64,000 bases of DNA from Phoronis australis (lineage: Eukaryota; Animalia; Phoronida): assembly GCA_002633005.1 (NCBI GenBank), contig NMRA01000511.1:154084-218083 (forward strand), in the 5' to 3' direction. The stretch's first letter is position 1, and every line of letters begins with the position of its first letter. This document shows positions 1-14,163 of the stretch, piece after piece. The notes below the pieces were generated by a model. That model was not told the DNA's origin, made no database searches, and saw only the letters and a list, made by a program, of their open reading frames with translations. The position numbers and the translations under genes are program-made.

Positions 1-3000
1 TCAATGGTTGACAGGCAGCATTTTCACAAAAAGAATTCTTTGTATCACTCGTATATCTCACCTGTCTTTATCAGTAGTGGGAGTGCAAGTCCCGGTTTTT
101 CTGCAGCGCAAAAAGCTCCTCTGATCCTCTTTTTAGGGACTGCAGCCGGCATATCTTGTTTTGTAGTTACTTGACACAGCACTACCCTCAGAGGTATTAA
201 CTATGGGAAATCTATATGAACTACATGATCAGATAAAATATCTTGTCTCTGTGACCGCTGACCACGAGTATCAGCCATATTCCTTTTTCCCACACACACT
301 CGCTAGACGTCTCTACGGTCCATGGAACAACAGTGGCCGCCAGTGGCCGTCCAATAGGATTTCGCTAGCTGAAACGTCTCCCTCTCTACGGTCTCTGCTA
401 TCACCACTAGTACACGCACGCCCTCTAGTTATTGCAGATTTTCCGAATAGCCCCATTGTGGAGTTCGCCGCCTTCCAATGTGGACGTAATGTTTGTACCT
501 TCAACACTGCAGCATTGGGCGGGGGATGGTTCGAATTTCTAGGAAGGTGTGCCTGTTGCAAACGTCAACACTCGAATTCTTGGTAAGATGCTGGACGCAG
601 GTTAGTTATGGGCAAGGGAAATCTGTATCCATTGCAAAGATAGCTCTCAGCTCTGTGTTCCTTAGGCAACACATAGCCCCGCGGTTCGCCGGTAATTAGG
701 GGCTACAATACTTCCAATCGCTTTCTGTACTCATTTCGTTCCATGTATTTTAAACGGGCGGGAGGGCCAAATCCGGCCACCAATTTTGAGTTTTCACCTG
801 GTCAAAAATACATACTACACTCAAAACTATCACTTAAAATGAGTTTACGTTCTTTAGTGATCCTTTCTGCTTCTACACATATCTTCGATGAAGCATATCT
901 ACTAGAATTAAGGTGACTTTGAGAAGAATTCAAACTCCACTATTTGGTCACCGTTAACTTGTTCACCGCGCACGCGATAACCACAAAATATTTCAACTAA
1001 CTCACGTGAGTTAGGCAAAGGCTAGTGCGATACTGAGTGAAGGGCGTGACCTGGCGCGTGACATTTGCAAAATAGCATGGTAAGATATCAGGTGGAATTT
1101 GTGAGTTTTGTGTCCCTTGGACTTTTTGTTCATTAAAATGCGTGATTTTTCGTAACTTCCTCAAAATGGCACCCGGTGAGAGAAACTCAAGCGAACCGCA
1201 ACAGGTTTTCATAGATATGTTGAAGTTAAGTTGTCTAAAGTGTATTCAGAGTCATGGTATAGGTTAATTAAAACTCCATGTAAACTTATGCATGTTTCAT
1301 TCGATTTCAAGTTATTTGGTGTATTTTGAAATGGGTAACTTTGTATGGAGATGTACTATCCCATCTGTATGCCTGCGGCATCCAGGGCCATGTAATTGAC
1401 TATATGTTCCTGATAATAAGACGGAATTTGTAATACCATAAATAAGGATATCGTGACGGTTGCTCGCAAACAACAGGAATCAAATTCGGACATAATGTGA
1501 TCCATAAAAATAGATCAACGTTCTCGCCATATCGTGAATAATACGCTTACAATCATCGCCCTTCCTTCTGATCGGATTTCACCAGGATAAAAGAGAGAGC
1601 GGCGCCCGTGTAGGATACGGTTGTGTTGACCGCATTGTCCTGCTCGAGCTATATGCAAACCAAATTATGTGTAATTACCCGATCATAACCTGTCGTAAGC
1701 ATCACTGCCTGTACATAATGGTGAATTTTGAGAATGCATTAACAAATATTTTTTGTTAAAAATGAACACCACGGTAGTATTCAGCTGGAAAAAACATCAA
1801 GTAAGCTTTTGGATTTTCAAAAACGTCAATACAAAGGGCACGTTGAATAGGCATCATAAAATTTGTCTGGGGCTAAGGTAATCTGACCGATGTTTAGTTT
1901 AAGCGATTAGTTCTCCACATGGCGTTAGCCCTACCTACTGCCAAACTTTCAAATCGGGCTTTTTAACTGAGTGATTACACCTCATCACATACTTCGTTGG
2001 AAATATTTATTCGGAGAATGGCTTGACGTAATTTTTCATATGATAGTATTTTTGTTAAAAGCTCTTTACATCATTGGAAATGGGAACAGCCCACTATTCC
2101 GAAAACGCACATACGTGTATACGCATGCATGTCAATCCATCAATCCACAATCGAATTAGACACTGGATGAAAAACATACCTCTGTTTGACGAGCACTTTC
2201 AATTCCAAATTTGAAAACGCCTGCCCTTCACCGTACTATGCTAGTAAGCAATATCAGATAATAAACCTATTTCTTGCTGTTTTGTTTCTTGGTCGTTTTT
2301 AAGGTAATCACACCGCACTTTTACTTTTTGGGAGCTTCTCGCTGCTGTATGAATTAGCTAGGTACATGTATAGACATTGAATTCTAGGCTCTCTTCTTAC
2401 CCTACGGTGTAACCACCACGTGTGTTCAATGCCGATGAGTAACATAAAGCCTCCTCTAATCGTCAGCACGATCATGTCATCTACGCAAATACCACTCGGG
2501 CGAAGTGGGCCGGGTACGGCCCGATGATTACGTGAAGCGCTTTGAATCAGAAGCAAATTTTAAATTGTCACAAAATTAGTTATCATTGTAGTTAGTAGTA
2601 CTAGTAGCTGCAACAATTTTGTTGTGTCCATCTGTATCCTATCCACTCCCCCTGGGTACGGGCCTGCACTGTAAATAGGTCGAACCTGTTTGTCCGTGCC
2701 TCGCTCAATTAATAGCTTACAACATTTGGCGTAGTCAGCACCTACATGTATTTTTCAGTGTTTGAGCGGCGTACATGTACGTGACTTTCTGTGGTTGCGG
2801 GAAATGAGTTTTTCATAACTTATTCTCTCGTGCCCATTTTGACAGGCAAATGCGTTTATTGTTAGTTTAGGGTTATGAATTGTATACATTTCTACATATT
2901 TAGTCAATTGTACATGAAACAGTTGTTAGTTATTAGTTTGTAAATTTGTAAGACCATTTTATGAATTCTAGATTAGGTTACGTGACCACATGCTTTTTCT

Positions 3001-3139
3001 TAGTTTGTACTAAGTCCTAAGGTGGAGCCCCGTGTGTTTAAAATGTCATATGTTGTCAGAATATAGACTGACACTGTTTTTAGTTATATATTTTTTGATG
3101 TTCTGTTTGATTGGCATGATTCCTGAGTTAAATACAGTG

Positions 3140-3345
3140 ATGATGTAATTTGTTTACTACAGAATAGTATGGAACTTTCTAGAAGACTCTAGCATGACGG
3201 TGATTAATGTAGTCTGGAATATTCTAGAGACTAGTATATGTCTGTAGAATGATTGGGTGGAATCCACTAAGTTCTGGCATGTGCTTGAATTGATGAAAAG
3301 TTCTAGAACATTGCATTAGTCTATACACAAGCACGGGCTTGTAAT
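3140..3345 (+). promoter_or_regulatory. Cluster of heat-shock-element-like motifs, probably in an LTR-like fragment
   Basis: GAActTTCtaGAA 3172-3184, GAAtaTTCtaGAg 3217-3229, TTCtaGAAcaTTg 3301-3313; LTR origin is inferred only. Confidence 0.45.
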
Positions 3346-4001
3346 TGTCATGCCAGGAAGATTCCCACTAAATGAGATGACGTCACAACCACACTGATAG
3401 GGAAAACTCTGAGGTTCGGCCGATTGAACTAGACCGTATTTATCCACCATGGCTTTGTCGTGCTCAGCTCACGATCAAAGGGATCCCGCCGAGCTGCCCG
3501 ATTCATCGAGTCACAAGCGAGGATATTTGGCTTCGCTCATGCGGATATGATCAGCTGATTACAATCTAGCCTAGATGACCGTGCTTTTTATGAAGAGCGT
3601 TTTACGTAGTTTTGAGTGTAATATTCGAAAAGGGAGAAAAAAAAAATGTTGGAACAACTTCGAATTTTTCAAATCGGCCCAGAATAAGAGATTTAGCAAC
3701 ACAGCAACATTCACGATTACTTTCATTCTGCGCGCACGAATACAAAAATATAGGACCCAAGTTATGTAGATTTTGGAGCACATGCATTGCATTATTCGAG
3801 AAAAAATTATTTTAGCTCATTAAAAGCTGTAAAATGACGTTGTTAAATTTCATTGTGCTCATTCATTGTCATCCTTAAATTGGGAAATTTCCGAGATGTG
3901 ACCTGCGGCGTGCGCCTATGTACACAAAACACGGGATCGTTACGAAGTCGGTGGGCCAGATCTCATAGCGTTCATCCTTGTGTGTACTAACAGGGGGTTA
4001 A

Positions 4002-4160
4002 GGGGGCAACCTAATTTTTTCTATGTGGCTAGATAATATATCTATAAATCAAATTCCAAAAAGTTCCCACGTCTGCACTTGCACATTTTTAAAAAAAGGT
4101 GTTTTTGCACGAAATATTATGCACATTCGTGCCACTTGGTGGCGCTTTTCTACTGAATTG
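4002..4160 (+). mobile_element. Possible left end of a TTAA-flanked (Kolobok-type) element
   Basis: TTAA at 3998-4001 followed by GGGGGCAACC; CTCF-like CCACTTGGTGGCGCT near 4132; matching right end not found. Confidence 0.3.
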
Positions 4161-5939
4161 ACCGATCAGAGAGCCAAATTGTATTGTTGTGCTTAGTTAC
4201 TTCAATATGGCAGCTCCCATGGAGTGTGATGCCTATATAACTCAAGGTTTCTCAAACAGCACAAAATGGTTATGCCAGAACCTGAAGAAGCTTAGAGAAG
4301 CATCCTGACAAAAGCTGATGGACTGTGGAACTCTGTAGATCAGTAATCAAAAAGAAGAAGAGGTGTCACAAACGTTTGTGCAAAAAACAAGTGCATGTCC
4401 TGGTATATAGCCTATACAGTATACTGCTGTAGAAGACCATGTGTCGGACCAAAAAAATTGAAAGGACAAAGAAGGGCATAGCAACGTTTCAAGACACTAG
4501 CGGTAGTCCTAAAGCTGAAGCTGTTGAAAGTGATACAGATTTTACCCAAAATTTCCCAATGAAATCAATCAGACTTCCAAAATCTCTAACTCCCAATTAA
4601 CCTGAACAAGATAGGAACATTCTGAAACACAAGTACATCATTTGTTAGCCGGAAAAGTATATTATGACCGTAACAACTTTTTAGCTTTGAAAAACAGGTA
4701 CGTATATTTGAAAGGTACATCTTGGTGTTTTCCGTGTGTGTTTTAGTATTATCACCAGTTGTTTTTTTAACTTGTTCAGCCCCTTGGCTGCCTAGGCCTT
4801 AGACAATACCGCTGACCCAGTAGAGACGGTGATCATACCATAGGTAATCTATATGCAGGATGCTTTTCGGCAAATTATGCATCACACTGGTTAAACCATG
4901 TCATGTTGCTATAAGTTTAGAAGTACCACTTAGCCTCTGAGGAGGCCGTTAATGTTGCCATTTGTTCCCAGTTTAAACAAAGACTCCTGCAATCCTGTTT
5001 TTCGAACACTCCATTGTTTAGTTGACACATCGACACTGCTTGCGCCACGGGATAATCATATGGTATTATACTGTGGGTGTGATTTTAAGCACTTTAAGTC
5101 AAAACTTTTTGAGAAGGTTAAATGGAGTAGATGGTTGCAATCAACATGTACGATTTTCTGAAACATACCTCAGCGAAATCGTGAGAGAAAAAGCGCCTCT
5201 TGCCACCTAAAACGGACAAAAACAACCAAAGCGCGCAACGCGTCGCTTGCCTGAAAAAGTAACTCTGTCACTTGTTTTTTGTGATTAGACATGTAATGTG
5301 TACCCATATTTTGGTCGTGGCCCTCTACAACGGGCTACTACTTCAAATGACACGTATATATTGACGATGTCAAAATTTAACTGCCCCACCGGTTCCCAGG
5401 GTTTCATGTTTTGTAATTTAAAATGATTGCATAAACTTAGGAATAAATCCGAGTTACAGGCACTGCGTTCACAAAGAGTAAGAAAAAAAAACAAAAAAAA
5501 CAGCGGCATACGATCACCTCGCTTTAACAATGCATTGTGTACTTTCCACATAACAAGTAGGCCACTCTTCAGATTAGTGCTTTCGAAATGAAAATAACAG
5601 TAAGATTTCCGAATAGTGTAATATATATTGTACATGAGAATTTCAAACGTTAAAATGACTAGTTGTTCATACTATGGGAAAAGCAATAAGGGACACAGGC
5701 ACTAGCAATGATAAACTCTTCAGTATAAATATTACACTTCACTGGATGAGCAAAACATGCACTAAGTACTATTGAGATAACCTACGGAGATCTTTGAAAC
5801 TAACAAAAGACCGTGATCCCAGAGCTTTTTTGGGCATGAAAAGGTAACTAATTTTCTTTGGTGCCACAGTGCTCTGTGGGTATCCTATTGCTTGGAAATG
5901 GTCGTCTGGCAGGTGTGGTCGGGGGAGCCAAGAGAATGA

Positions 5940-6725
5940 CACTCAAAATTTGAGCTTGATCAACTTTTCTGGTAACTACTTCAAACCGCCTTGGATACCT
6001 CCTACGTAAAATTGGTCACTGGCTGACAATTTCAGTGGTGGGGAGTATCAGCCAGACGGTTATAAACAAGGTGCAAAAATTGAGCTAGATCAATCCAAGA
6101 GGTAACCGCGTGAAACCAGTTTCAAATATTCACCGTGAGCCCAGGTAACACGAATGAACACTGGCAGACAAATCTAGTGGTGGGTTAGCCCCGCCAGACA
6201 CGCCCAAATACCCGAGTTGAGCTAGATCAACCCACCAGGTAACCGTTTGAAACCAATTGCACGATGTTCAGCATCACTGTACATGGCACAACTGTTAGAT
6301 GCCAGACAATTTCTGTGGTGGGTTGCCCCTGCCAGACGATTATCAAAAAGGGTTAAAATAGAGCTAGATCAACCCAGGAGGTAACCGCTTACAACCAGTT
6401 CCAAAATATTCACCGTAAGCCCAGGTATCACGAATAAACACTGCCAGACAAATCAAGTGGTGGATTTTTCCCCTCCAGACACGCCCAAAGACCTGAGTTG
6501 AGCTAGATCAACCCAAGGCTAACCGCATGAAACCAGTTGCAAAATATTCGCCCTAATCCCACGTATCACGAATAAATACTGCCAGACAACTCTAGTAGTG
6601 GGTTATCCCCGCCAGACACGCCCAAATACCTGAGTTGAGCTAAATCAACCCACGAGGTAACCGTTTGAAATCAATCGTCCGATGTTCAGCATCACATGCA
6701 CACGTGGCATAACAGTAAGATGCCC
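5940..6725 (+). repeat. ~139-bp tandem array in the left arm (about 6 units)
   Basis: GAGCTAGATCAAC..GGTAACC..GAAACC..GCCAGAC marker at about 5952, 6082, 6219, 6361, 6500, 6636. Confidence 0.9.
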
Positions 6726-8161
6726 CAATCAGACAAATAAAGAGTCGAAACAAAATTGATTATAAGTCCATTCACAATGAATAAGCATCACCTTGAGGAA
6801 CCAGGCACTTCGATTTTTATTAAAGCCACTGAGTACCTACGACATAGGTTACCACACAAGGTGAAAGATTTTTGTCCGCAAGTTTACGTCAGAGCATGTA
6901 AACCAGAAACATCGTGCCTGGTGTCGCAGCGACCTCACAAGTCCATGCGAAAACAGCGGAATACTCCACATGATTCACTTTTAAATTGCACATTGTGTTT
7001 GCACGAATTTCAATTTTTCGTTGTCCTATTTTACCTGTCTAAGCTGCGTCCCTCTGTTTTCATTTGATGCAACTGCTAAAACGAATAATAACTAAAATGC
7101 CATCTTTTGTTGCCTTCTGCGTTATGTATGCGCGCCAACTACCTTCATTTCACCCAGTGATTAATGGCAAATTTGGCAAAATTTATCAGTTTTGGGCAGT
7201 CTCCATCTTTATAGTAAACCGAACCCACTACAGAGAACTCCAGAGATGCGTCAAGAACAATGACGTCACATTTTCCCGGCTATGCTAGATGTATACTTTG
7301 CCCAGAACCGCCCAAACTACGCCAGATGGGGAACATTGTTTAACTTAAAGTGCTGGAAATCGGTGCATTCTCAGTGCTACGTACGAAGTTAAACAGACTC
7401 GCGACCAGACCATGGCGCAGGCCACAATAGCAATTCTTCGGAAAACGTTTTCAAGTATTACATGTACATGTACACTGTATGATATTGTGCAAGACAACTT
7501 TACTATACATCAGTCAAATTCGAGTTACAAACATGTGGACCCGAAGAGGTCAAAGTCAAGATACTCCTGACCAGACGCCCCAAAGGGGGATGAATGGGTT
7601 AGAGAGGCCTGCCACTCTAGAGCCACTGATCAATCACCCGAGAACAGAGAATGCTTCCAACAAGGTTTTCGGCATCTCATATCGTTCGAAACAACAACGG
7701 CTGCTAAAGACAGAAAACCGTCTTCCCCAACCCGATCCCGCACAGTTTAGTCTGAGTAAACCCAGTCCATGTGTTGCCGCGTGGAGACACTGCACGAGTC
7801 TTGTTGTGGGAGAAGCATTGTACTGACAGTCGGAACTGAACAGCGGCGGAAGCTGAAAGCAGAGCACTAAGCAGAGCTAAATACTACTAACTATACTACC
7901 ACACTAGACGCTAAGCACCACAACCTGTGGTCGAAACCACCAACCCCCCCCCCTTACTGAAAACGTAGATCCGCCACTGCATATGTATTTGTATGCATGT
8001 TTTAAAAATAAAAACTGTGTGATTATATATATTGCTTATCTTTTAAATTATTTTATTTCATTCAAAATAATTGCAATGTAAGTACAACCAACCTATTGGG
8101 ATGTGTCAGTTCGTCAAAATTCACGTTTTGAGCCAATGTAACTACATACAAAAGGTTTCTG

Positions 8162-8241
8162 ATTGTCCTCCATATGAAGATCCGGGTTATTGACCTACAT
8201 ATGAAGATCCGGGTTATTGTCCTTCATATGAAGATCCGGGT
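8162..8241 (+). repeat. 27-bp minisatellite, 3 copies
   Basis: ATTGTCCTCCATATGAAGATCCGGGTT repeated with few substitutions. Confidence 0.9.
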
Positions 8242-9077
8242 CAAAGAAAAGGTCACAAGTAGTTCTATTTAATTGGAGAATGTTATGATGCCGGCCAGGT
8301 GGCTCTCTATTGTGTTGGCAGGGAATGGGGGTATTGAAACTTACGCTTCAGTCAACAAATCTAATTGGGTTTCGGCGTGAATTTTCACTAGGAATAGGTC
8401 CGTCATGACTAAATCATCCACGTAAGTCATTATGTACTTGAGCACATGGAGTAATAGACACTTATCTGGAGTTCGCACTAAAGTAGAGCAATGTCAATCA
8501 TAATTTCGAATTCCATTTTGAGTAAAATGATTCGAGACTGGGCCCAGAACTCCTACAGTTCGCTACTCTGTGTGATCACGGCTCGATCTCAAGCAGAGAC
8601 AACATCTGGGGCACGGCTACGGCGACCAATGGCGGTTTCAAATTTAAGAAGACTAAATGGGACTTCATGATTTTGTCAGAAGTGGCAAGGACAGGGTGGC
8701 CCACTAAATTCATTTAGTTTCGACATGGCCGTGTGCGTCGCGCTGGGATTCGATCTTGACATGGACTTTATGAATTGTGTCATGGTTGAAAATCCGTCAT
8801 TGTATCATTGCAAGTGCGTACACATTTTAAGACATGCGGGCAATTTCGCATACGCATGAAATCTGAGTATGGTTTCCAGTTGTGCTGGCCAGCTGGAGAC
8901 GGTGGTCACTGTCCACATGGAATCCAAACGAAGTGTTTAGTCCCCGGGTGTATATTTCGGTATAGGTGCATCTAATAACCGAAATATCGTTCATTTTTAA
9001 TGTAAAAGTTTCAAAATCACATCTGAGTTTGAAAATTGAGATATTTTAGGAGCGGTGAATCTTCTGATTGGTGAATC

Positions 9078-9155
9078 GTCGAACTAGTGAGCCTTCGGAA
9101 TAGTGAACCTTCCGAGTAGTAAACCTTCGAAATAATGGGATGATCCCATTTCCAG
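9078..9155. mobile_element. Terminal fragment of a TIR element with short subterminal repeats; inverted counterpart at 2074-2103
   Basis: CCTTCGGAATAGTGAA-like unit three times, ending AATGGGATGATCCCATTTCCA; its reverse complement matches TGGAAATGGGAACAGCCCACTATTCCGAA at 2074. Confidence 0.5.
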
Positions 9156-9589
9156 CGATGTAAGCAACTTAAGTAATACAACAAAGATAAATTTTGTTAA
9201 GTCATTCACCGACTAAACTTCATATTTTCTCTTGAGTATGCGATGAGGTGTAATCACTCATTTAAGCATGGCTGATTTGAAACGTTGTCAGGAGATAATG
9301 TGAGAATGTTCTCTTCCCCCTAATAAAGCTGATTCAAAGGCTTTACTAAAATTTCTACAGTGTCGACGTTTGCAAAATACCAAAGGTCCACCGTTCTTGA
9401 AATTCGAACCCCCCCGCTCAATGCTGGCTACGGGCCTGAGTAGGTTATATGCATTTGAGTAGTGAGATAGGAGCGTCTAATATAAAGTCGCCCCTGCAGC
9501 GACCAAACCTCTGCATGCTACTGCTCCACCGCTAAAAATGTCTGCAGTGACCTTTTGTTGCTTGCAGAATGTTGCTCGACATTATGCAA

Positions 9590-10380
9590 ATGGTTTCAAA
9601 CGGTTACCTGGCGGGTAAATCTGGTCGAACTCACAGTGTTTATTCATGATACATGGGCTTACGTAGAATATTTTGCAACTGGTTTCATGCGGTTACGTCT
9701 TGGGTTGATTTCAACCCTTCTTTAGTCGTCTGGCAGGGACACCCTACCACTGAAATTGTCTGGCATCTTACTGTTGGTTTCAAACGGTTACCTCTTGGGT
9801 TGACCTAGCACAAGTCATGCATTTGGGCGTGTCTGGCGGGGCTAACCCACCACTAGATTTGTCTGGCAGTGTTTATAAGTGATACCTGGGCTTAAGGTGA
9901 ATATTTTGGAACTGGTTTTAAGCGGTTACCTCTTGGGTTGATCTAGCTCAATTTTAAACCCTTTTTGATAATCGTCTGGCAGGGGCACCCCACCACTGAA
10001 ATTGTCTGGCATCTAACGCTTGTGCCATGTATATTCATGCTGAACATCGTTTAATTGGTTTCAAACAGTTACCTGGTGGGTTGATCTAGCTCAACTCGGG
10101 TATTTGAGCGTGTCTGGCGAGGCTAACGCACTACTAGATTCGTCTGACAGTGTTCATTTCTTGATACCTGGGCTCACGGTGAATATTTTGCAACTGGTTT
10201 CACGCGATTACCTCTTGGATTGATCTAGCTCAATTTTTGCACCTTGTTTATAACCGTCTGGTTGATACTCCCCACCACTGAAATTGTCTGGCAATGACCA
10301 ATTTTGATACAGTGGATTACGTAGTAGGTATCCAAGGCAGTTTGGAGTGGTTACCAGAAAAGTTGATCTAGTTCAAGTTT
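9590..10380 (-). repeat. Same ~139-bp array, inverted, in the right arm
   Basis: TTGATCTAGCTC / GGTTACC / GTCTGGC markers at about 9800, 9938, 10081, 10220, 10363. Confidence 0.9.
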
Positions 10381-13300
10381 TGAGTGTCATTCTCTTGGCT
10401 CCCCCGACCACACACACCAAAGCGAACCTGCCAGACGACCATTTCCAGGCATCAGGATACCCATAGAGCACTGTGGCACCAAAGAAAATTGGTTACCTTT
10501 TCATGCCCAAAAAGCTCTGAGATCCCGGTCTACAATTATAAACTCTGCGGCATAAAGAATACGCTTTATACAATGAACATGTAACAAATATACACACCCA
10601 AATAGTGTTACATGCAATCCCTGATGAGATCATGCATGAGTATGAATCCCTCCATGTAAACAATAACTCACACGGTGAGCAAAATATTTAAAGTGGGACT
10701 TAATTACAACATAGGAACCTTCAAAGTTTGTGTCATAGCAGTACAAGGTTCTACTACTTAACAAAACTCCATAAGTGATACAACTGCTGAGATCACTACC
10801 TTCACGAGGAACAGTTATCAATATAAAAATATATGTAACATGAGCTTGAGCAAAGTACCGGTAGGTGCACAATACTGCTATCCCTGGTTGAACCAGTCAC
10901 TGAAAACCGCAATAAATTGCACACCTCCCAAGATTACAATAATATGTATACAAGAATTTGCTTTTCAAGATAACCATGTGGAGATGACAGGGTCATTGCA
11001 GAATTTAGTAAAAATATCTGCATTTCAGCCTAAAAAACAATCATTTTCAAAACTACACCAGGAGTCACTGAATAAAAATACTAAAAAAGACAGTATGTAA
11101 TTCAGTTCATGGGATGCAAACAATAACTATCCTAAACTGAAAAGATCAGTCATCCAAGGCTTGAAGAATATTCAAAACAAATACACTGGTTAAGCAATAA
11201 ACTAGTAACAATAATAACGGACACTTGGCGCAATAAATACACTCCTAGTTTTATAGGAGCAAAACTAGCATTTCAAGCTCAACAATGCGGAAACAACACA
11301 AGCAGCTAACACATTTCCAAAAACACACAGGCAATACTGATGTGGTACATGAATGAGGTGCACATCTGGAGAAAAAGTAAAATATTCTCCTTAGTTGTGA
11401 ATGTCCGAGCTGCATGAAGCATCCAGGCCATTCCCTGAATACCAAGCACATATCATACTTTGCATTCATATACATCCGAGTAGGACATTCTCAGTCACTG
11501 ACCCCAATGGTCAACAAAGCTGCATGCAGAATACTACCCTGGCATCTCAAAGCATTTGATATACATAGAACATTTGAAATGAGTGGAGGACGCACTAATA
11601 AATGCTCTGGTGGGGCCCTTAAACTGAATCCAGTAAGGTCATAAGCTGTTGAGCAACAAATTTCCAAACACAGCATAACACTTTCAAACATGATTAAGCG
11701 CCAAAGACACTGGAATTGATACCTGGGCCCTGTCATTGATCTTTTTACAGGAAATGGAATTCGAAATTATGTTTGGAATTTTGTACTCTACTTTTGTGCG
11801 AATTTAAAACAGGTGGCTATTATCCTATACTCCTATACATAATGACTTACGTGGATATTTTGGTAGTGATAGTTTACAGTTGATAAACCCAACAAGAATC
11901 CAGTGCAATAAACTGGTATGTTATGAAATCCATTCTAGTTACTTCACGAAAAATAAGCAGAGCTTGGAATGAGCAATAACAAAAACAGGAGAAATTTCCA
12001 GCTGATACATGATACACAAAAAATAGGCTTGGGTGAAAGACATTTTTGGCTGTAAAATTTACCTGAACTAAACATTTAATAAAGTCGAAAAATCATAAAA
12101 AGAGGAAACTGGAAATCAAATAAGAGGAAATCGACACCAAAAAAGAATTCCTCTTAATTAAAAGACGGAAATCCCAACCCTGATCAATTCTGTATTCTCC
12201 AGGCTTCGATGTGTACATGAATGCAACTGTCAAGCGGTATACCTTCTTGAAATTGTCAAGGCGAGCTCTCTGAAATGTAAACAATCACTGTTTTGGTGGT
12301 GTGATTTTAAAACTTCTGGTGCTGGTGACCTTGTGCACGTGCAGTAGTGTACCACAAGTTACAGTCATGTAGTCAGAAGGTCACATCACTCTTTGGAAGG
12401 GCAACATTCTTGAGAGGGATTGTTGAGTGTTGCTCAATGCTCAGGACTCAGGAGTTTTAAAATTATGAAGAAATGGAATTTTTGGGAAGCAGTTGAACGA
12501 ATTAGTAACCAACGATGAAAACATTCATGAAAAGAAACCGAACCCCATAAAACGCTTTAATGAGTTGTTCGAAAAAGAGGAGATAAAAGTACATGTGCAC
12601 GGTCAAGCAAGAGCTGCATGATAGCAAGAAAAGGTTCAACAAGTGAAATACAGTTTACTCACTAGAATCTGTGCTAAATATTAAACCAATGAGCTATAGC
12701 AGGAGTTAAACTAAGCAATCAGGGTGTAGACTGGACTGGATTATTTTGTAAACAAAAGTCAAGAGTGAACAATAGGGCCAGGTGTGTAGGACTAAGGGTT
12801 AGGCTAGTACTGGTATGCAGAATACAATGGCTTATCAACCGGCGGTATGTCAACAAGTTCAGTCAACAGAGAGTGCATTGTAGCAAGTGGTTTGGGGGGA
12901 TCTACAGAAAACAAGGAAATGAAACATAAAGAAATGTAAAGAAATGCGAACAAATTAACAAAGACATGATTGCAGATTGCTGTCTCCACCTCTTATTAAT
13001 AAAACTTAAATGGTAATTTAAAACAATGGCTTGACATTATTTCATTTGCCAACACCATTCGAAAAGTTCCGGGTCAGCTGGCATTGAATATCCCGGAATA
13101 CCAATTTAATTCGACAACATCGGACTTGTTACAGTAAATCTAGTTTACAAAAAACAAAAACAGCATTGAAGGTACCATGGTAGATTCGTCCAGACGTTTA
13201 TTTTTCACTAAGTAACAATGTTTCTCTGACTTCAGATGTGGTACAAGTACATAGTCTGAAATATCATGAACACAAAATCTCACGCAAACACGGTATACTT

Positions 13301-14099
13301 TATCTATTCAGCCAACAGCATCATGCGAGCATATAAGGGATGACAAAAAATACTTACGTTTTTCTTCACCAGGTCCAGGTCCCGAGACCGACGTAGTCGA
13401 TCGGCTCAGCCTCTCACGAATCACGGCTCGACGAGCTGGTCAAACTCAGACGGCCATCCAGGAAAACCGACGTGAATTCCCGGCGCTGTCATTTACTCCC
13501 CGCACAATTGCCTCCGCCCAATGGTTGTTTTCGTCAACTCAGCCTGCATTTTCTGTCCATCTTCCATTTTGAAACGGCTACTTTTGAGTTTAGAGCAAAA
13601 ACAACAACACAGCCATCCTCACGTGTTGTACCGGACTCACTACTCACCACCGTGCGCGAGTTAGGTCCTTATAGACATGTTTACCAAAATGACATTGCTG
13701 TTTTCTTGCTAAAATAAAGAGTAAGATTTTACTTACATTTCGATAATTTAACATTCAAATAGTTTAAAAATGACAATTATATAAGTCGATTTTGACGTCT
13801 TCCCTTGTTGACAGTGAAAGCGCATTACCGCGTAGTAATCTTTTGTGACGATTCTCGAGTGTGCAGGGCTAGCCTGGAATGAAAGTGAAATATCTCGGAT
13901 AAAATTTCATCGATTTTCGTGGGAGAAAAACGCTAGTTTTCAGAATTTTACTAGGAATTTCTTGATTAATCTTTTACATGTCGTTGAAAAAGGCGAAAAT
14001 ACAAACGCGCGAGTCATGTTTCTTCAGGCAGCCTTCACGGGCAATAAAATGTAATCGACCGAATAGATCTGTCGACCACAGATCTACCCTGTGGATTTT

Positions 14100-14163
14100 C
14101 TCTTGATCCCAGACCGCCCCGAGTTGCTCCAGCTGCCAACTCGGGACGGTCTCTCACGAGGTT
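14100..14163. mobile_element. Small palindromic MITE-like hairpin
   Basis: AGACCGCCCCGAGTTG ... CAACTCGGGACGGTCT stem (one mismatch) with a 10-nt loop. Confidence 0.55.

Larger units (their letters stand above)
5807..10532. mobile_element. Non-autonomous foldback-type DNA element with ~0.9-kb inverted arms, Academ-like termini
   Basis: 5808-~6720 is the reverse complement of ~9590-10531; right end ...GGTCTA, left end (A)AGACC; CAA lies on both sides (5804-5806, 10533-10535) as a candidate 3-bp TSD; no transposase ORF inside. Confidence 0.7.

Noticed and set aside
203-699. 127-aa and overlapping ORFs at the window start
   Set aside because: No family motif or convincing splice structure.
5940-6725. 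Regularly spaced conserved motifs resembling a CRISPR array
   Set aside because: The intervening sequences are homologous to each other, the period is ~139 bp, there are no cas genes and the context is eukaryotic.
7479-7900. 115-aa ORF followed by a TAC-rich tail, possible retroelement 3' end
   Set aside because: No recognisable domain in any frame.
2074-9155. Inverted pair TGGAAATGGGA..CCCA.TATT.CGAA as the ends of one 7-kb transposon
   Set aside because: It would overlap rather than nest with the 5807-10532 element, and I see no TSD; more likely ends of two separate copies.
10840-11100. IICIQE resembling an APE endonuclease motif
   Set aside because: Isolated six-residue match with no further LINE motifs recognisable.
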